64,000 nucleotides of DNA from Chloroflexota bacterium (GCA_965261345.1 OZ253449.1:2112001-2176000), one strand, 5' to 3'; counted from the stretch's first letter, positions 20,183 to 30,197 are shown. Notes: a model not told the origin generated them from the letters alone. Program-made: numbers and translations.

Positions 20183-21220
20183 ATGCGCAAGCAAGCAGAT
20201 GCCCCGTTGATCGGATTGACCTTGGGCGACCCGACCGGGGTGGGCCCCGAGGTAGTTGCCAAGGCCCTAGGCCACCGCAAGGTTTATGAGCGGGTGCGTC
20301 CGTTGGCTATTGGTAGCGCCTCGGCGCTGAAGCGGATCATCGCAATCTGTGGTCTCGAAATGAGCGTGCGGCCAATCCACGATGTTGCCGATTGCCGATT
20401 TGAATTCGGGAAAATTGACACCCTGGACCTGTGGGACGAGGATCATTCCGAGCTCCCCTTCAAGATGGAAACCGCCGAGGGTGGGCGGGCTGCGGTTACC
20501 GCGGTGATCGAAGCGGTAATGCTCTGCGCGGCCGGCCGGATGGACGCCATGGCGACCTCGCCGTTGCACAAACTGGCGATGAAAATGGCCGGTTTCGAAT
20601 ATCCAGGCCACACCGAAATTGTCCAGGAGTTCTCTGGTGCCAAGACCTCGCGGATGATGTTGGTGGCCGGCAAGTTGCGGGTGATTCATGTATCAACCCA
20701 CGTCGGGCTGGCCGAAGCGGTCACCCTGGTTCGGACCGATCGCATTGTCGAGGTGATCGAGATTTTCAATCGTGCGCTCGAGGATATGGGTATTCAGGAT
20801 CCCCTGATCGCGGTGGCTGGTCTCAACCCGCATGCCGAACCAGGCAATCTTTTCGGCATCGAGGATTCGGCCGAGGTCGAGCCGGCGGTTGCGCGCGTGC
20901 AAGCGATGGGTATACGGGCGATCGGCCCGATGCCCCCCGATACGGTTTTTGCCCGTGCTGCCGGAGGTGAATACGACGGCGTTGTGGCGATGTATCACGA
21001 CCAGGGCCACATCGCGGTCAAGATGCTTGGGATTCACAACGGAGTCAACGTGACCTTGGGGACCCCGGTGATTCGCACTTCCGTGGACCATGGGACCGCC
21101 TACGGCCGGGCGGGTGACAACCGGGCCGAAGAAACCAGCATGCTCAACGCAACCCTGCTGGCGGCCGACATGGTAGTGGCCCGTCGGGCCCGTCAGGTTT
21201 CGCTACCGGTTCCTAGTTGA
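20183..21220 (+). CDS. pdxA: PdxA-family 4-hydroxythreonine/4-phospho-sugar-acid dehydrogenase
   Basis: GDPTGVGPE, YPGHTE, AGLNPHA, PPDTVF, AMYHDQGHI, IRTSVDHGTA; could be the catabolic PdxA2 type. Confidence 0.85.
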   Translation: MRKQADAPLIGLTLGDPTGVGPEVVAKALGHRKVYERVRPLAIGSASALKRIIAICGLEMSVRPIHDVADCRFEFGKIDTLDLWDEDHSELPFKMETAEGGRAAVTAVIEAVMLCAAGRMDAMATSPLHKLAMKMAGFEYPGHTEIVQEFSGAKTSRMMLVAGKLRVIHVSTHVGLAEAVTLVRTDRIVEVIEIFNRALEDMGIQDPLIAVAGLNPHAEPGNLFGIEDSAEVEPAVARVQAMGIRAIGPMPPDTVFARAAGGEYDGVVAMYHDQGHIAVKMLGIHNGVNVTLGTPVIRTSVDHGTAYGRAGDNRAEETSMLNATLLAADMVVARRARQVSLPVPS

Positions 21221-22182
21221 TCGGCCCGCCCGGATTCGCCATGCGATCGCTGCGATCGCCCATCCAGCCGATCGACCGCCTGCCGGTCCGGAAGAGACGA
21301 CGAAGCCCCCAATCTGGTGCAGGCTAGCGAACCGGCGGCGCTGGCGAACCTGAGCGCTCCGGGCAGCGACCGCCGTTCGATCAGGGCGACCGCCAAGGCG
21401 CCGCAGAAAGCGTCACCGGCGGCGGTGCTGTCGACAACCTCGGTTTCAAATGCGGGCAGGGTCTGGCGGCTGTGCCCGTCGCTGCAGGCAAGTCCGCCGG
21501 CACCCAAGGTGATGATGGCCACTCCGCCACTGCGCCGCGCCAACCGCCTGGCCAGGTCGGCGGCCGAGCGATGATCGGGCGGGGCGACGCCGGCGAGCGC
21601 GCCGGCTTCGGTCTCGTTAACGACCAGGTAGTCAACCAGTCGAAGAAGCCGGTCGTCCAATCGACTGGGCGGGGCCGCGTTGAGCAGGGTGATGGCGCCG
21701 GTTTGGCGGGCCAATTCAAATCCGGCGGCAATCGCCGGGATTGGGATTTCCAGCACTGCCAGGACCAACCGGGCTGCACCGACCTGGGGGCACCGAGCCG
21801 CTTGGTTGGTAACCGCCAAGTTTGCACCAGCGGCCAATGCGATTGCGTTCTGGCCGTTGGCGTCAATTGTGATCAGCGCCACCCCCGAGGATTGGCCGGG
21901 CAGACTGGCAACCTGGTCAATATCTATGCCCTCCGCGGCCAATTGGGCGATCCGCGCGCGGCCAAAATCATCGTCGCCGACCGCGCCGACCATGCAGACT
22001 GGCGCACCCAGGCGGGCCGCCGCCACCGCCTGGTTGGCACCCTTGCCGCCGCCGATGATTTGGAGCGCCGAGCTGGTCAATACCGTTTCGCCCGGCCTCG
22101 GCAGGGTCGGCAACTGCACAACAAGGTCGGTGTTGATGCTGCCGACAACGGTTATCCCGCCCAAATTGTTATCAACTTTCAT
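21193..22182 (-). CDS. rbsK: Ribokinase (PfkB family)
   Basis: VGSINTDL, GGKGANQAVAAARLG, LNAAP, VNETEA, DSTAAGDAF. Confidence 0.88.
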   Translation of the reverse strand: MKVDNNLGGITVVGSINTDLVVQLPTLPRPGETVLTSSALQIIGGGKGANQAVAAARLGAPVCMVGAVGDDDFGRARIAQLAAEGIDIDQVASLPGQSSGVALITIDANGQNAIALAAGANLAVTNQAARCPQVGAARLVLAVLEIPIPAIAAGFELARQTGAITLLNAAPPSRLDDRLLRLVDYLVVNETEAGALAGVAPPDHRSAADLARRLARRSGGVAIITLGAGGLACSDGHSRQTLPAFETEVVDSTAAGDAFCGALAVALIERRSLPGALRFASAAGSLACTRLGASSSLPDRQAVDRLDGRSQRSHGESGRADQLGTGSET

Positions 22183-22302
22183 TTGAATTGTTGGACTCCC
22201 ATCCTCATGCGGAGTTACTGGCCATAATCATCTCGACCCAGCCGTTCCGGGCCGGTCCGGTGCCCAAGTCGCCCCCAAGAACCGTTCCCCAGTCCACTCG
22301 TA

Positions 22303-23436
22303 ATGCGCGATTTTGACCACAGCGAAGCCGACAGCTTCGTTTCTATTGATAACCACGATTCATGGCGACGCCTATCCTGGACGATTCCAGTGTTTGCGGT
22401 GGCCCTGGCGGCAGCGTTTGCGGCCTGGCTTTTTACACCGGAACCGAGCTTCAACTCGGGCGCCCTCGCCGGTCCGATCAACGCCGCCGAGATTGATCCG
22501 GCTGCGATCACCCCGGCCGAGCAACGTTTGCGGGATCTCATCGAACCCCTACCCGAGGTCTCCGGGTTGCTCGGCAGCCCGGAAGAAATCGTTCCTGACT
22601 GGCCGATCGGGAAGCCATTTACGGCACTGATCCTGGGGATCGATCGTCGCGGCGCCGATCCTTCGGGGCGCACCGACACCATGATCTGGCTGCGGGTCGA
22701 TCCCGGGAGTGATACTGCCGTTGCGGTATCGATACCGCGTGATATCTGTATCGCGGTATGCCAAACGCGCCCGGTGCGAATAAACGCGGCCAAGGACCTG
22801 TTCGGCGTGGGCGGGTTGAAGCGCGAGGTCGCCGCCCTCATCGGCCAACCGGTCGATTACTACGTGGCGATGGAGTTTCCAGGATTCGTAGAGCTGGTGG
22901 ACCATTTCGGCGGGATTGATGTCTTCGTTGAAAAAGAAATCCGTGATCGCAATTTCCCGGCGGTCGACGACTCCCAGTTTGAATATTTTTTCCTACCACA
23001 AGGGCAACAGCATTTGGACGGGGCCACCGCCCTCAAATTCGTCCGAACACGATACCAGGATGGGGATTTCGGCCGCGTTCAGCGCCAACAGCAATTTCTG
23101 CGGGCGGCGCGCGACCAATTGGTCGCGCCGGCCCTCATTGTCCAGGCGCCGACCTTGCTGGCCCAACTCGGATCCACCTTCGACACTGATATTCCCTTGC
23201 TTTCGGTGCCTTCGCTGATCAAATTGGCGACCCGGATCCCTTCGTCGGCTATCGATTCCGGAGTAATTGACTACCGATTGGGCATGGTTGAACCGTTTAC
23301 TAGCGAAAATGGCGCCCAGGTCCTGCTCGCCAACGGCCCAATCATCCGGTCCTACGTGGCTGAATTGATCGCCGAAACAACGACCCGGCCGACCACCGAA
23401 CCGATCGACCCGACATCAGAGGAGCCCCAGCCATGA
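22303..23436 (+). CDS. LytR-CpsA-Psr (LCP) family glycopolymer phosphotransferase
   Basis: Single TM helix, LILGID, GRTDTM, SIPRD, RINAA, LDGATALKFVRTR, DFGRVQRQQ. Confidence 0.88.
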   Translation: MRDFDHSEADSFVSIDNHDSWRRLSWTIPVFAVALAAAFAAWLFTPEPSFNSGALAGPINAAEIDPAAITPAEQRLRDLIEPLPEVSGLLGSPEEIVPDWPIGKPFTALILGIDRRGADPSGRTDTMIWLRVDPGSDTAVAVSIPRDICIAVCQTRPVRINAAKDLFGVGGLKREVAALIGQPVDYYVAMEFPGFVELVDHFGGIDVFVEKEIRDRNFPAVDDSQFEYFFLPQGQQHLDGATALKFVRTRYQDGDFGRVQRQQQFLRAARDQLVAPALIVQAPTLLAQLGSTFDTDIPLLSVPSLIKLATRIPSSAIDSGVIDYRLGMVEPFTSENGAQVLLANGPIIRSYVAELIAETTTRPTTEPIDPTSEEPQP

Positions 23437-24245
23437 CCAACGCCGGATTTGTGATTTCCGATCCCGGCGCCCCGGTGGAATTGCTGGCGATCGGCACCGA
23501 AATGGTCATCGGGAGGATCCAGGACACCAATTCTTCGTGGCTGGCCGACCGACTTACCCGGTCCGGGGCGGTTGTAAGGAGAATCACCGCGGTCGCCGAT
23601 GATCCGGAACTTCTGACCGGAGTTTGGCAGAGCGCCGTAGATCGTCGGGTCGGGCTGGTGCTCTCAACCGGCGGATTGGGTCCTACGCCGGACGATATGA
23701 CGGTGGAGGTCGCCGCCGCGCTGGCCGGGGTCGGAGTTGAGCCCAACCAGTCGATCCTGGCTTCCTATCGACGGCGTCGTGAAATTGGTCTGGATGACGC
23801 CCTGCCGCCGCACCTGTACAAGATGTCGTCGGTACCACGCGGGTCGCAGGTATTTGAAAATCTGCACGGCTGGGCCCCGGCCTTTGCGATCAAGGTTGGG
23901 CCAACCGTATTGGCCTGCATGCCGGGCCCGCCGAGTGAAATGCGTTCGCTCTGGGAGAGTGGAATCGGTCCCGAGGTCGAGCGTGGCTACGGCGGTCGAA
24001 CCGAATCCGAGCGGGTGCTGGTGTCCATGTTCGAATCCCAGGTCGCCCCGATCCTGGAGCTGGTTATGGCCCGCCACCAAAACGCGTACCTGAAGGCCTA
24101 TGTGGCGCTGGGGCAGCGCGATGTCGGGTTGCCGGTCGATGTGATCGTGCGAAGGCAAACCGGCGGGGCCGAGCTGGGTGTGGTTCTCGCCTACCTGCGC
24201 GAGTTGGTGGAAGCTGCGGGCGAACAGATTTTGGATCTGCGCTAG
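23433..24245 (+). CDS. CinA N-terminal/molybdopterin-binding (MoCF_biosynth) domain protein
   Basis: IGTEMVIG.IQDTNSSWLA, TGGLGPTPDDMT, MPGPPSEM; no PncC domain. Confidence 0.8.
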   Translation: MTNAGFVISDPGAPVELLAIGTEMVIGRIQDTNSSWLADRLTRSGAVVRRITAVADDPELLTGVWQSAVDRRVGLVLSTGGLGPTPDDMTVEVAAALAGVGVEPNQSILASYRRRREIGLDDALPPHLYKMSSVPRGSQVFENLHGWAPAFAIKVGPTVLACMPGPPSEMRSLWESGIGPEVERGYGGRTESERVLVSMFESQVAPILELVMARHQNAYLKAYVALGQRDVGLPVDVIVRRQTGGAELGVVLAYLRELVEAAGEQILDLR

Positions 24246-24268
24246 CCATCGGCGGGCGGCCGAAACGC

Positions 24269-24853
24269 TCAGATTCCGAGCGTTACCCCGGAAATTACCA
24301 TCGATTGATCAGAAATTATCAGAGTCCGGGTATCAATCGGGACCCTTGGCAAACCGGCATTGAAGGTCGCGTTGATGCTCGTGACCGCAAGGTCGCGGAA
24401 CCAGCCCGGGGCCGTTAATTCACCGATCTGGGCGTGCTCCAGCGTCAGTTTGCGCGCGGCGTCCTCGATTCGCAGGCTGAAATCGATGCGGAATTGAAAA
24501 TCGATCCGGGCCAGATTGAGCTTGCCAAAGAAAATGATCCCGTCAGCCTTTAGGTAAGCCTCGCCGGAATTTATGCCGATCAATGGCAGGCCGGGCCTGG
24601 ACCAGTCGGCAATCTTGCTAAAGACTTCGGACTCGGATATTTGCAGCATCACCGGTTGCGAGCGCCCGGTCAGGCGGCTTTCGGCAATCGCCCTGGCGAC
24701 CGGTTCCAGCTTTTGGTCGAGCACCCGGAGGTCCAACGCGCTCTCGGACAAACTGGGCAGACCGCTGCGGTTTTCGATCGGTTGGGCGGCAAAATAGACA
24801 ACCAACGCCAGGCCGGCCAGAATGACCGCGATCAGCAGTGGCTTTGGGCGCAC
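24269..24853 (-). CDS. Hypothetical protein with N-terminal membrane anchor
   Basis: 194-aa ORF filling the gap; hydrophobic LLIAVILAGLALVVYF; no family recognised. Confidence 0.6.
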   Translation of the reverse strand: MRPKPLLIAVILAGLALVVYFAAQPIENRSGLPSLSESALDLRVLDQKLEPVARAIAESRLTGRSQPVMLQISESEVFSKIADWSRPGLPLIGINSGEAYLKADGIIFFGKLNLARIDFQFRIDFSLRIEDAARKLTLEHAQIGELTAPGWFRDLAVTSINATFNAGLPRVPIDTRTLIISDQSMVISGVTLGI

Positions 24854-24967
24854 GGGGAACTTGCTTGCCGGGTCGTCTCTACAATCGTTTCGCCGCCACC
24901 AATCGGCAATAGCAGCCGGCGCGTTCGCGACGGCAATCGGCCGAGATGATCTATTGAAGCGAGAAGC

Positions 24968-25720
24968 ATGGATTTATTGAGTCCTTTTCGCAACCTCTGG
25001 ACCGGTCTCAGCGTTCTCTACTATGACTTGTTGGCGCTGGCCTTCAGATCCCATCTTCCATGGTTGCTGTGCATGCTGCCCTGGTTCCTGGTCCTGGTGG
25101 GAATATTCATTTTTGCGGCCGGTAGCCCGGAGTTTGCCGACGGAGTCCGCAATTCCAGTATTCACCCACTGTTCCTGGTTGGGTTGCCGCTCATTACCGC
25201 GTTGACGATGGCCTTGGCGGGCCCGGCGACGGCCGCTCTCTATGATGCGACCTGGAAGTTTCATGATGAACACTTAGACCCCAGCTGGTCCGGGTTTTGG
25301 CGCTCCTTCCGATTGTTTTTCTGGCGCGCCTGGGCCATTGCCACGATCGACATCTGCGCCTTCTATCTGCTGATCCTGGCCTTCTTTTTTTACTGGAATC
25401 AGGGTGAGATGCCGTTCCAGGTAATCGCCCTGGTAGTTACCTATCCGGCAATATTCTGGTTCCTCATGCAGCCTTTTCTGATGCCTGCATTAACTCAGCT
25501 CAACGGATCGGTGCGGGCTACGTTCCGCAACGCAGCTTCACTGGCGCTAACCAGTTTTTCGATGTCGATTGCCCTGTTCTTAATTACCGTGCTAACGATC
25601 GTGCTCTCGCTGGTGCTCAATATCTTGGTGTTCCTGGTCGCCCCGACCGCGCTGGCGTTGTCGGGTCAACTTAGCGTTAGTCAGCTAATCGACCGCATCA
25701 ACCGGCGAACCCCCGGCTAA
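24968..25720 (+). CDS. Integral membrane protein (DUF624/YesL-like)
   Basis: Multiple TM helices, LAGPATAALY, FWRSFR; next to a sugar ABC ATPase. Confidence 0.6.
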   Translation: MDLLSPFRNLWTGLSVLYYDLLALAFRSHLPWLLCMLPWFLVLVGIFIFAAGSPEFADGVRNSSIHPLFLVGLPLITALTMALAGPATAALYDATWKFHDEHLDPSWSGFWRSFRLFFWRAWAIATIDICAFYLLILAFFFYWNQGEMPFQVIALVVTYPAIFWFLMQPFLMPALTQLNGSVRATFRNAASLALTSFSMSIALFLITVLTIVLSLVLNILVFLVAPTALALSGQLSVSQLIDRINRRTPG

Positions 25721-25748
25721 CCCGACCTCTTAGCGCCCCGAACCTGCG

Positions 25749-26858
25749 ATGCCGGAACTGACCGCCCGGCAACTAACCGTCAAATTTGGCGCGGATCCGG
25801 ACGACCCCGGAGGTGGCGGTCAGTCGAGGCGGATGCTGGCGCTCGACCATGTCGATCTGTTCATTCCTGATGGGCAGACGATGGCCCTCATCGGGCCGTC
25901 TGGCTGCGGCAAAACCACCCTGGTGCGAGCGCTGGCCGGCCTGATTTCGCTAGATGAAGGGTCCATTTGGTTCGGCGGTCGCGAAGTTACCGACCTATCA
26001 CCGCGCGAACGCGATGTGGCGGTCGTATTCCAGGAATATGCGCTCTACCCGCATCTGCCATCGGGCGGGATAGTTTCTCTGTTTTTTCGCCTGCATCGCC
26101 GCAGCGGCGAGATACCTGAACGGCTGGTTAGGGCCTGCGAAATCATGGGCCCGGAATTCGAAAAACTACTAGATCGCAAACCCGGCCAGCTGTCCGGCGG
26201 CGAGCAGCAGCGGGTGGCGATCGCCCGCTGCATAATCCGCGACCCGACGGTGTTTCTATTTGATGAACCGCTGGCGAACCTGGATGCCGCGCTGCGCTCC
26301 CGCGTCCGCACCGAAACCAAGCGGTTGCTGCGGCAGTTTGCCACGACCGCCCTTTACGTTACCCACGACCAGCGCGAAGCCGGGGCGATCGGCGACCGGG
26401 TTGCGCTTATGGCTGACGGCCGCATCGTTCAGATTGGCGCCTATGCCGATCTGCGTGAGCGCCCTGCCAATACTCTGGTCGCCGGCTTCATGGGCTATCC
26501 GCCGATGAATCTGTTGCCGGGCCGGGTAATCGCCGGCGGGATCGAGGTGCTCGGCTGCCGCCTGCAAGTAGCTTCCCGTTGGCTAGCGATTCTTGCGGGC
26601 GAACCGGTCACCGTCGGAATACACCCCGATGAACTAAAAATCTGCAGTTGGGGAGAACCCAGGTTGCAAATGCGGGTTGAATCGGCCCAGCCACAGCCCG
26701 AGCGGCGCTCGGTTTTGGTCTTTGGTCAGGTGGGCGGAGTTGACTGCTACGCGTATGTTCCGGGCGATTCGGGAGTGGTCCCAGGCGATGTGCTGCCATT
26801 TACTTGCGCCGACGAAAAATGGGTGCTTTTCGACCAGTCCGGGCAGCGCGTCGGGTAG
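25749..26858 (+). CDS. Sugar ABC transporter ATP-binding subunit (MalK-like)
   Basis: [50 protein letters not shown]. Confidence 0.9.
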   Translation: MPELTARQLTVKFGADPDDPGGGGQSRRMLALDHVDLFIPDGQTMALIGPSGCGKTTLVRALAGLISLDEGSIWFGGREVTDLSPRERDVAVVFQEYALYPHLPSGGIVSLFFRLHRRSGEIPERLVRACEIMGPEFEKLLDRKPGQLSGGEQQRVAIARCIIRDPTVFLFDEPLANLDAALRSRVRTETKRLLRQFATTALYVTHDQREAGAIGDRVALMADGRIVQIGAYADLRERPANTLVAGFMGYPPMNLLPGRVIAGGIEVLGCRLQVASRWLAILAGEPVTVGIHPDELKICSWGEPRLQMRVESAQPQPERRSVLVFGQVGGVDCYAYVPGDSGVVPGDVLPFTCADEKWVLFDQSGQRVG

Positions 26859-26888
26859 CGTTCGGCGAGTTGGGGGAGGCGATCCTGC

Positions 26889-26918
26889 CGTTGACATAAT
26901 GTCACGATTTTTGCAAGT
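26889..26918 (-). other. Second dif-like site (11-8-11), same orientation as 13303-13330
   Basis: Minus strand ACTTGCAAAAA-TCGTGACA-TTATGTCAACG; each arm matches the first site at 8/11 and both spacers begin TCGT. Confidence 0.5.
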
Positions 26919-27062
26919 TGGGCCCGATCTTGCGCATATACTTGCCTGCAAAGCAGGGCGACAGGCCAAAAGCCGATCGAAACGGGCGCAAAATGTCCGC
27001 TTCGGAAGGCCTAGGGCAAAGATGTGGAGGCCCAACCGGACAGTCCTTTGGAGGTTAGATCG

Positions 27063-28250
27063 GTGAAAAGCGAGTTTGAACTCGCGGTCGCCCAGATCGC
27101 CGCGGACAAAGGCCTGACCATGGGCGATGTAATCGAAGCGGTTAGGGTCGCGGTCGAATCGGCTTATTTCGATCTTCCCGGGGCGCTCGAAGATGTCTCA
27201 GCCGAGGTTGACGCCGAGGGCTCGTTTTCAGTATTTGCCAATAAGACGGTGGTGCAGAAGGTCTCCGATTCCGACACCGAAATCGACGTGGCAGGGGCCC
27301 GTGCGGTCGACCCCGCGGCAGAAGTGGGCGGGGTAGTCCACATTGACGTGACCCCGAGGGGGTTCTCGCGCATCGCTGCCCAAAAAGCCGGGCAGACAAT
27401 GCGCGATACCTTGCGCGAAGCCGAGCGAATGCTGGTGCACGACCTCTACTCGGGCCATGTGAACGAACTGATGGTCGGCAAGATCGTGCGGATTGAAAAC
27501 CGCGGCGCGATTCTTGAATTTGGCCGCGCCGAGGCCCTACTTCCTCCGTCCGAACAGATATCCAATGAACGCCTGCGTCCAAATTCTTGGCTGCGGGTGA
27601 TCCTGCTTGAAGTTCGCGAAGTCGGCCGCGGTCCGCAGCTGCTGGTATCGCGCCGGCACCCCGACTTTGTCCGCAAGCTGTTTGAGCGTGAAGTTCCCGA
27701 GATAAACACCGACGTGGTGCGGGTTGTAAATATCGCCCGCGACGCCGGCGTTCGCTCGAAAGTGGCGGTACAGGCGATGCAGGAAGGCCTTGATCCGATC
27801 GGCACCTGTGTCGGCATCCGCGGTTCGCGGATTCAAAACATCGTCCGTGACCTGGTGCCCGAAAAAGTCGAGATAGTTCAGTATTCAGAGGACCCGGCTG
27901 CCTACGTAGCTAATGCCCTCAGTCCGGCCCGTTCGATGCGGGTCAACATCGATCCGGAACAAAACCTGGCCGATGTTCAGGTTTCCTCCGACATGGTCTC
28001 CCTGGCGATCGGCCGCGAGGGCCAGAATTCGCGTCTAGCGGCGCGGCTTACTGGATGGCGAATCAACATCCGTGATGCCGCTCAGCCGGACAAGCTGCGC
28101 TCGGAAGCGGCCCCGGACCCGGCCATCCTCCTGGGCGATGAAAATCTCGAAGACCTGGCCGAGATCCTCGGACAAGATCTATCCGACCTTGAAGAACACG
28201 ACGCATTCGCCGCCGAAACTGGCGATGTATTGGAACGCGGCGAGGCTTGA
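27063..28250 (+). CDS. nusA: Transcription termination/antitermination factor NusA
   Basis: FSRIAAQ, S1 and KH domains (ARDAGVRSKVAV, CVGIRGSRI, SLAIGREGQNSRLAARLTGWRI); GTG 27063 after GGAGG. Confidence 0.96.
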   Translation: MKSEFELAVAQIAADKGLTMGDVIEAVRVAVESAYFDLPGALEDVSAEVDAEGSFSVFANKTVVQKVSDSDTEIDVAGARAVDPAAEVGGVVHIDVTPRGFSRIAAQKAGQTMRDTLREAERMLVHDLYSGHVNELMVGKIVRIENRGAILEFGRAEALLPPSEQISNERLRPNSWLRVILLEVREVGRGPQLLVSRRHPDFVRKLFEREVPEINTDVVRVVNIARDAGVRSKVAVQAMQEGLDPIGTCVGIRGSRIQNIVRDLVPEKVEIVQYSEDPAAYVANALSPARSMRVNIDPEQNLADVQVSSDMVSLAIGREGQNSRLAARLTGWRINIRDAAQPDKLRSEAAPDPAILLGDENLEDLAEILGQDLSDLEEHDAFAAETGDVLERGEA

Positions 28251-28303
28251 ACTTCGGCCCTGCCGGGAAATATCGCCGGAACCCACCGGCATTGAGGATT
28301 TAG

Positions 28304-30181
28304 ATGGCCCGTCGCCGAGCCCGCCGCCGCCCACCGCCCCGCCGCCGGCCGCCGATCCGGCGGCCGGCGGCGGGCGGCAGCGAGCGCACGGAAACATTCG
28401 TCGCCGTAAGTGACCGACCAGAAAGGGTAACCATTCCGGCCACGATTACGGTGTCCGACCTAGCCGAGCAGATTAATATGTCCGGCCCCGAATTGGTCGG
28501 TGAGCTATTCAAGCAGGGCATTTCAGCCAACATCAACGCCCCGCTCGATTTTGAAACCGCCAGCCTGATGCTCTCCGACTTGAACGTGGAAGCGGACCTG
28601 GAGGAATCGGAGGCGCCGGATCCACAAATTGCGATAGATGACATCCCTGAACCAGAGGGTGAGATCGGCCCACGGCCGCCGGTGGTGACGGTGATGGGGC
28701 ATGTCGATCACGGCAAGACCACGCTGCTTGACTACATCCGTCAATCGGACGTGGCCAACCGCGAAGCCGGCGGGATAACCCAGAGCATCGGCGCTTACCA
28801 AGTTGACGTAGCCGGTCGCTCGGTAACGTTCATCGACACGCCGGGGCATGCGGCGTTTACAAAGATGCGGGCCCGCGGGGCCGGGGTTACCGACATCGTG
28901 GTGTTGGTGGTGGCTGCCGATGACGGCGTGATGCCGCAGACACGGGATGCCCTCGGCCATGCTAAGGCCGCGCCCGGGGTCAAGATCATCGTGGCCCTCA
29001 ACAAGATCGATCTGGAGTCGTCCAATCCGATGCGCGCGCTCAGCGAATTGGCAACCGCCGGTTTGCAGGTGGAACAGATGGGTGGCGACATCACCAGCGT
29101 CGAGGTCTCGGCCCTAACTGGCCGCGGCGTCGACGAATTGCTTGAGTTGATACTGTTGACCGCCGACCTAGAGCCGCCGCAAGCCCGCATCACCGGGCCG
29201 GCCCGGGCGACGGTATTGGAAACGCGACTGGATCGCTCGCTCGGTCCGGTGGCCACCGCCCTAATCTCGGAGGGGCAGCTGAAGGTTGGCGACCCGTTCG
29301 TGCTCGAATCCAATCCCGGTAAAGTCCGGGTACTGGTGGATCCGCGCGGGCAGCGGATTAGCTGTGCCGGCCCGTCCATGGCGGTCGAGGTGATCGGGAT
29401 CAAGGAAACGCCGATCCCAGGCAGCGTGCTCTATGGGGTTGATTCAGACAAGCAGGCGCGATCGATCGCGGCAATTCGCAAGGGCCTGTCCGATCGGGCC
29501 CGGGCCCGCAATTCGCTGGCCAGCCAAATGAGTCTGGAGCAATTGGCGCAACAGTTGACCCAGGGCCGTGTACAGCAGGTCGATTTGGTTATCAAAGCTG
29601 ACACCGAGGGCGCGGCGCAGGCGACCGTGCAGGCGGTTGAGTCCCTTTCTACCAAATCGATCCGGGTCAATGTGGTTTTCCACGGAGTGGGCGCCATTAC
29701 CGAGAACGACATCAACCTAGCTACCGCAGCGTCCGCCATCGTGTTGGGGTTCGGGGTTCAACCCAGTGCCAACGCAGCGGTCCTGGCCGACCAGAACGGT
29801 GTCCAGATCCGGCACTATTCGATCATCTACGATCTAATCGACGATGTCGAAAAGACCCTTGCCGGGCGGTTTGAACCCGAAATCGTCGAGGTGATCGATG
29901 GGCGCCTGGAAGTTCTCGGTGTTTTCCGAACCGAACGCGCGCTCAAAATATTTGGTGGCCGGGTGACCGAGGGCCGGCTCGCAACCAATCTGCAGGTTCG
30001 CCATTTCCGTGAGCAGGAACTGATCCAAACCGGCACGATTGCGGCGATGCAACGATTCCAGGATCGCGTCACCGAGGTAAACGCCGGTTTTGAATGCGGA
30101 CTCTCGGCCAACCTGCGCCGGGTGGTGCGCGAGGGAGACATCATCGAGGCGTTTCACAGCGAGGAACGCCTGCCGGGTTAA
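28304..30181 (+). CDS. infB: Translation initiation factor IF-2
   Basis: RPPVVTVMGHVDHGKTTLLD, EAGGITQ, FIDTPGHAAF, NKID, GFECG. Confidence 0.97.
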   Translation: MARRRARRRPPPRRRPPIRRPAAGGSERTETFVAVSDRPERVTIPATITVSDLAEQINMSGPELVGELFKQGISANINAPLDFETASLMLSDLNVEADLEESEAPDPQIAIDDIPEPEGEIGPRPPVVTVMGHVDHGKTTLLDYIRQSDVANREAGGITQSIGAYQVDVAGRSVTFIDTPGHAAFTKMRARGAGVTDIVVLVVAADDGVMPQTRDALGHAKAAPGVKIIVALNKIDLESSNPMRALSELATAGLQVEQMGGDITSVEVSALTGRGVDELLELILLTADLEPPQARITGPARATVLETRLDRSLGPVATALISEGQLKVGDPFVLESNPGKVRVLVDPRGQRISCAGPSMAVEVIGIKETPIPGSVLYGVDSDKQARSIAAIRKGLSDRARARNSLASQMSLEQLAQQLTQGRVQQVDLVIKADTEGAAQATVQAVESLSTKSIRVNVVFHGVGAITENDINLATAASAIVLGFGVQPSANAAVLADQNGVQIRHYSIIYDLIDDVEKTLAGRFEPEIVEVIDGRLEVLGVFRTERALKIFGGRVTEGRLATNLQVRHFREQELIQTGTIAAMQRFQDRVTEVNAGFECGLSANLRRVVREGDIIEAFHSEERLPG

Positions 30182-30197
30182 CCGCCAGCCACCGGGC

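Noticed and set aside
22217-22244. Third dif-like half site ACTGGCCATAA upstream of the LCP gene
   Set aside because: Only one arm resembles the sites; the CATAAT is more simply a -10 element
28304-28380. CCG/CGC-rich repeat at the start of infB
   Set aside because: Encodes an Arg/Pro low-complexity IF2 N-terminus, a region known to be variable; not a separate repeat element
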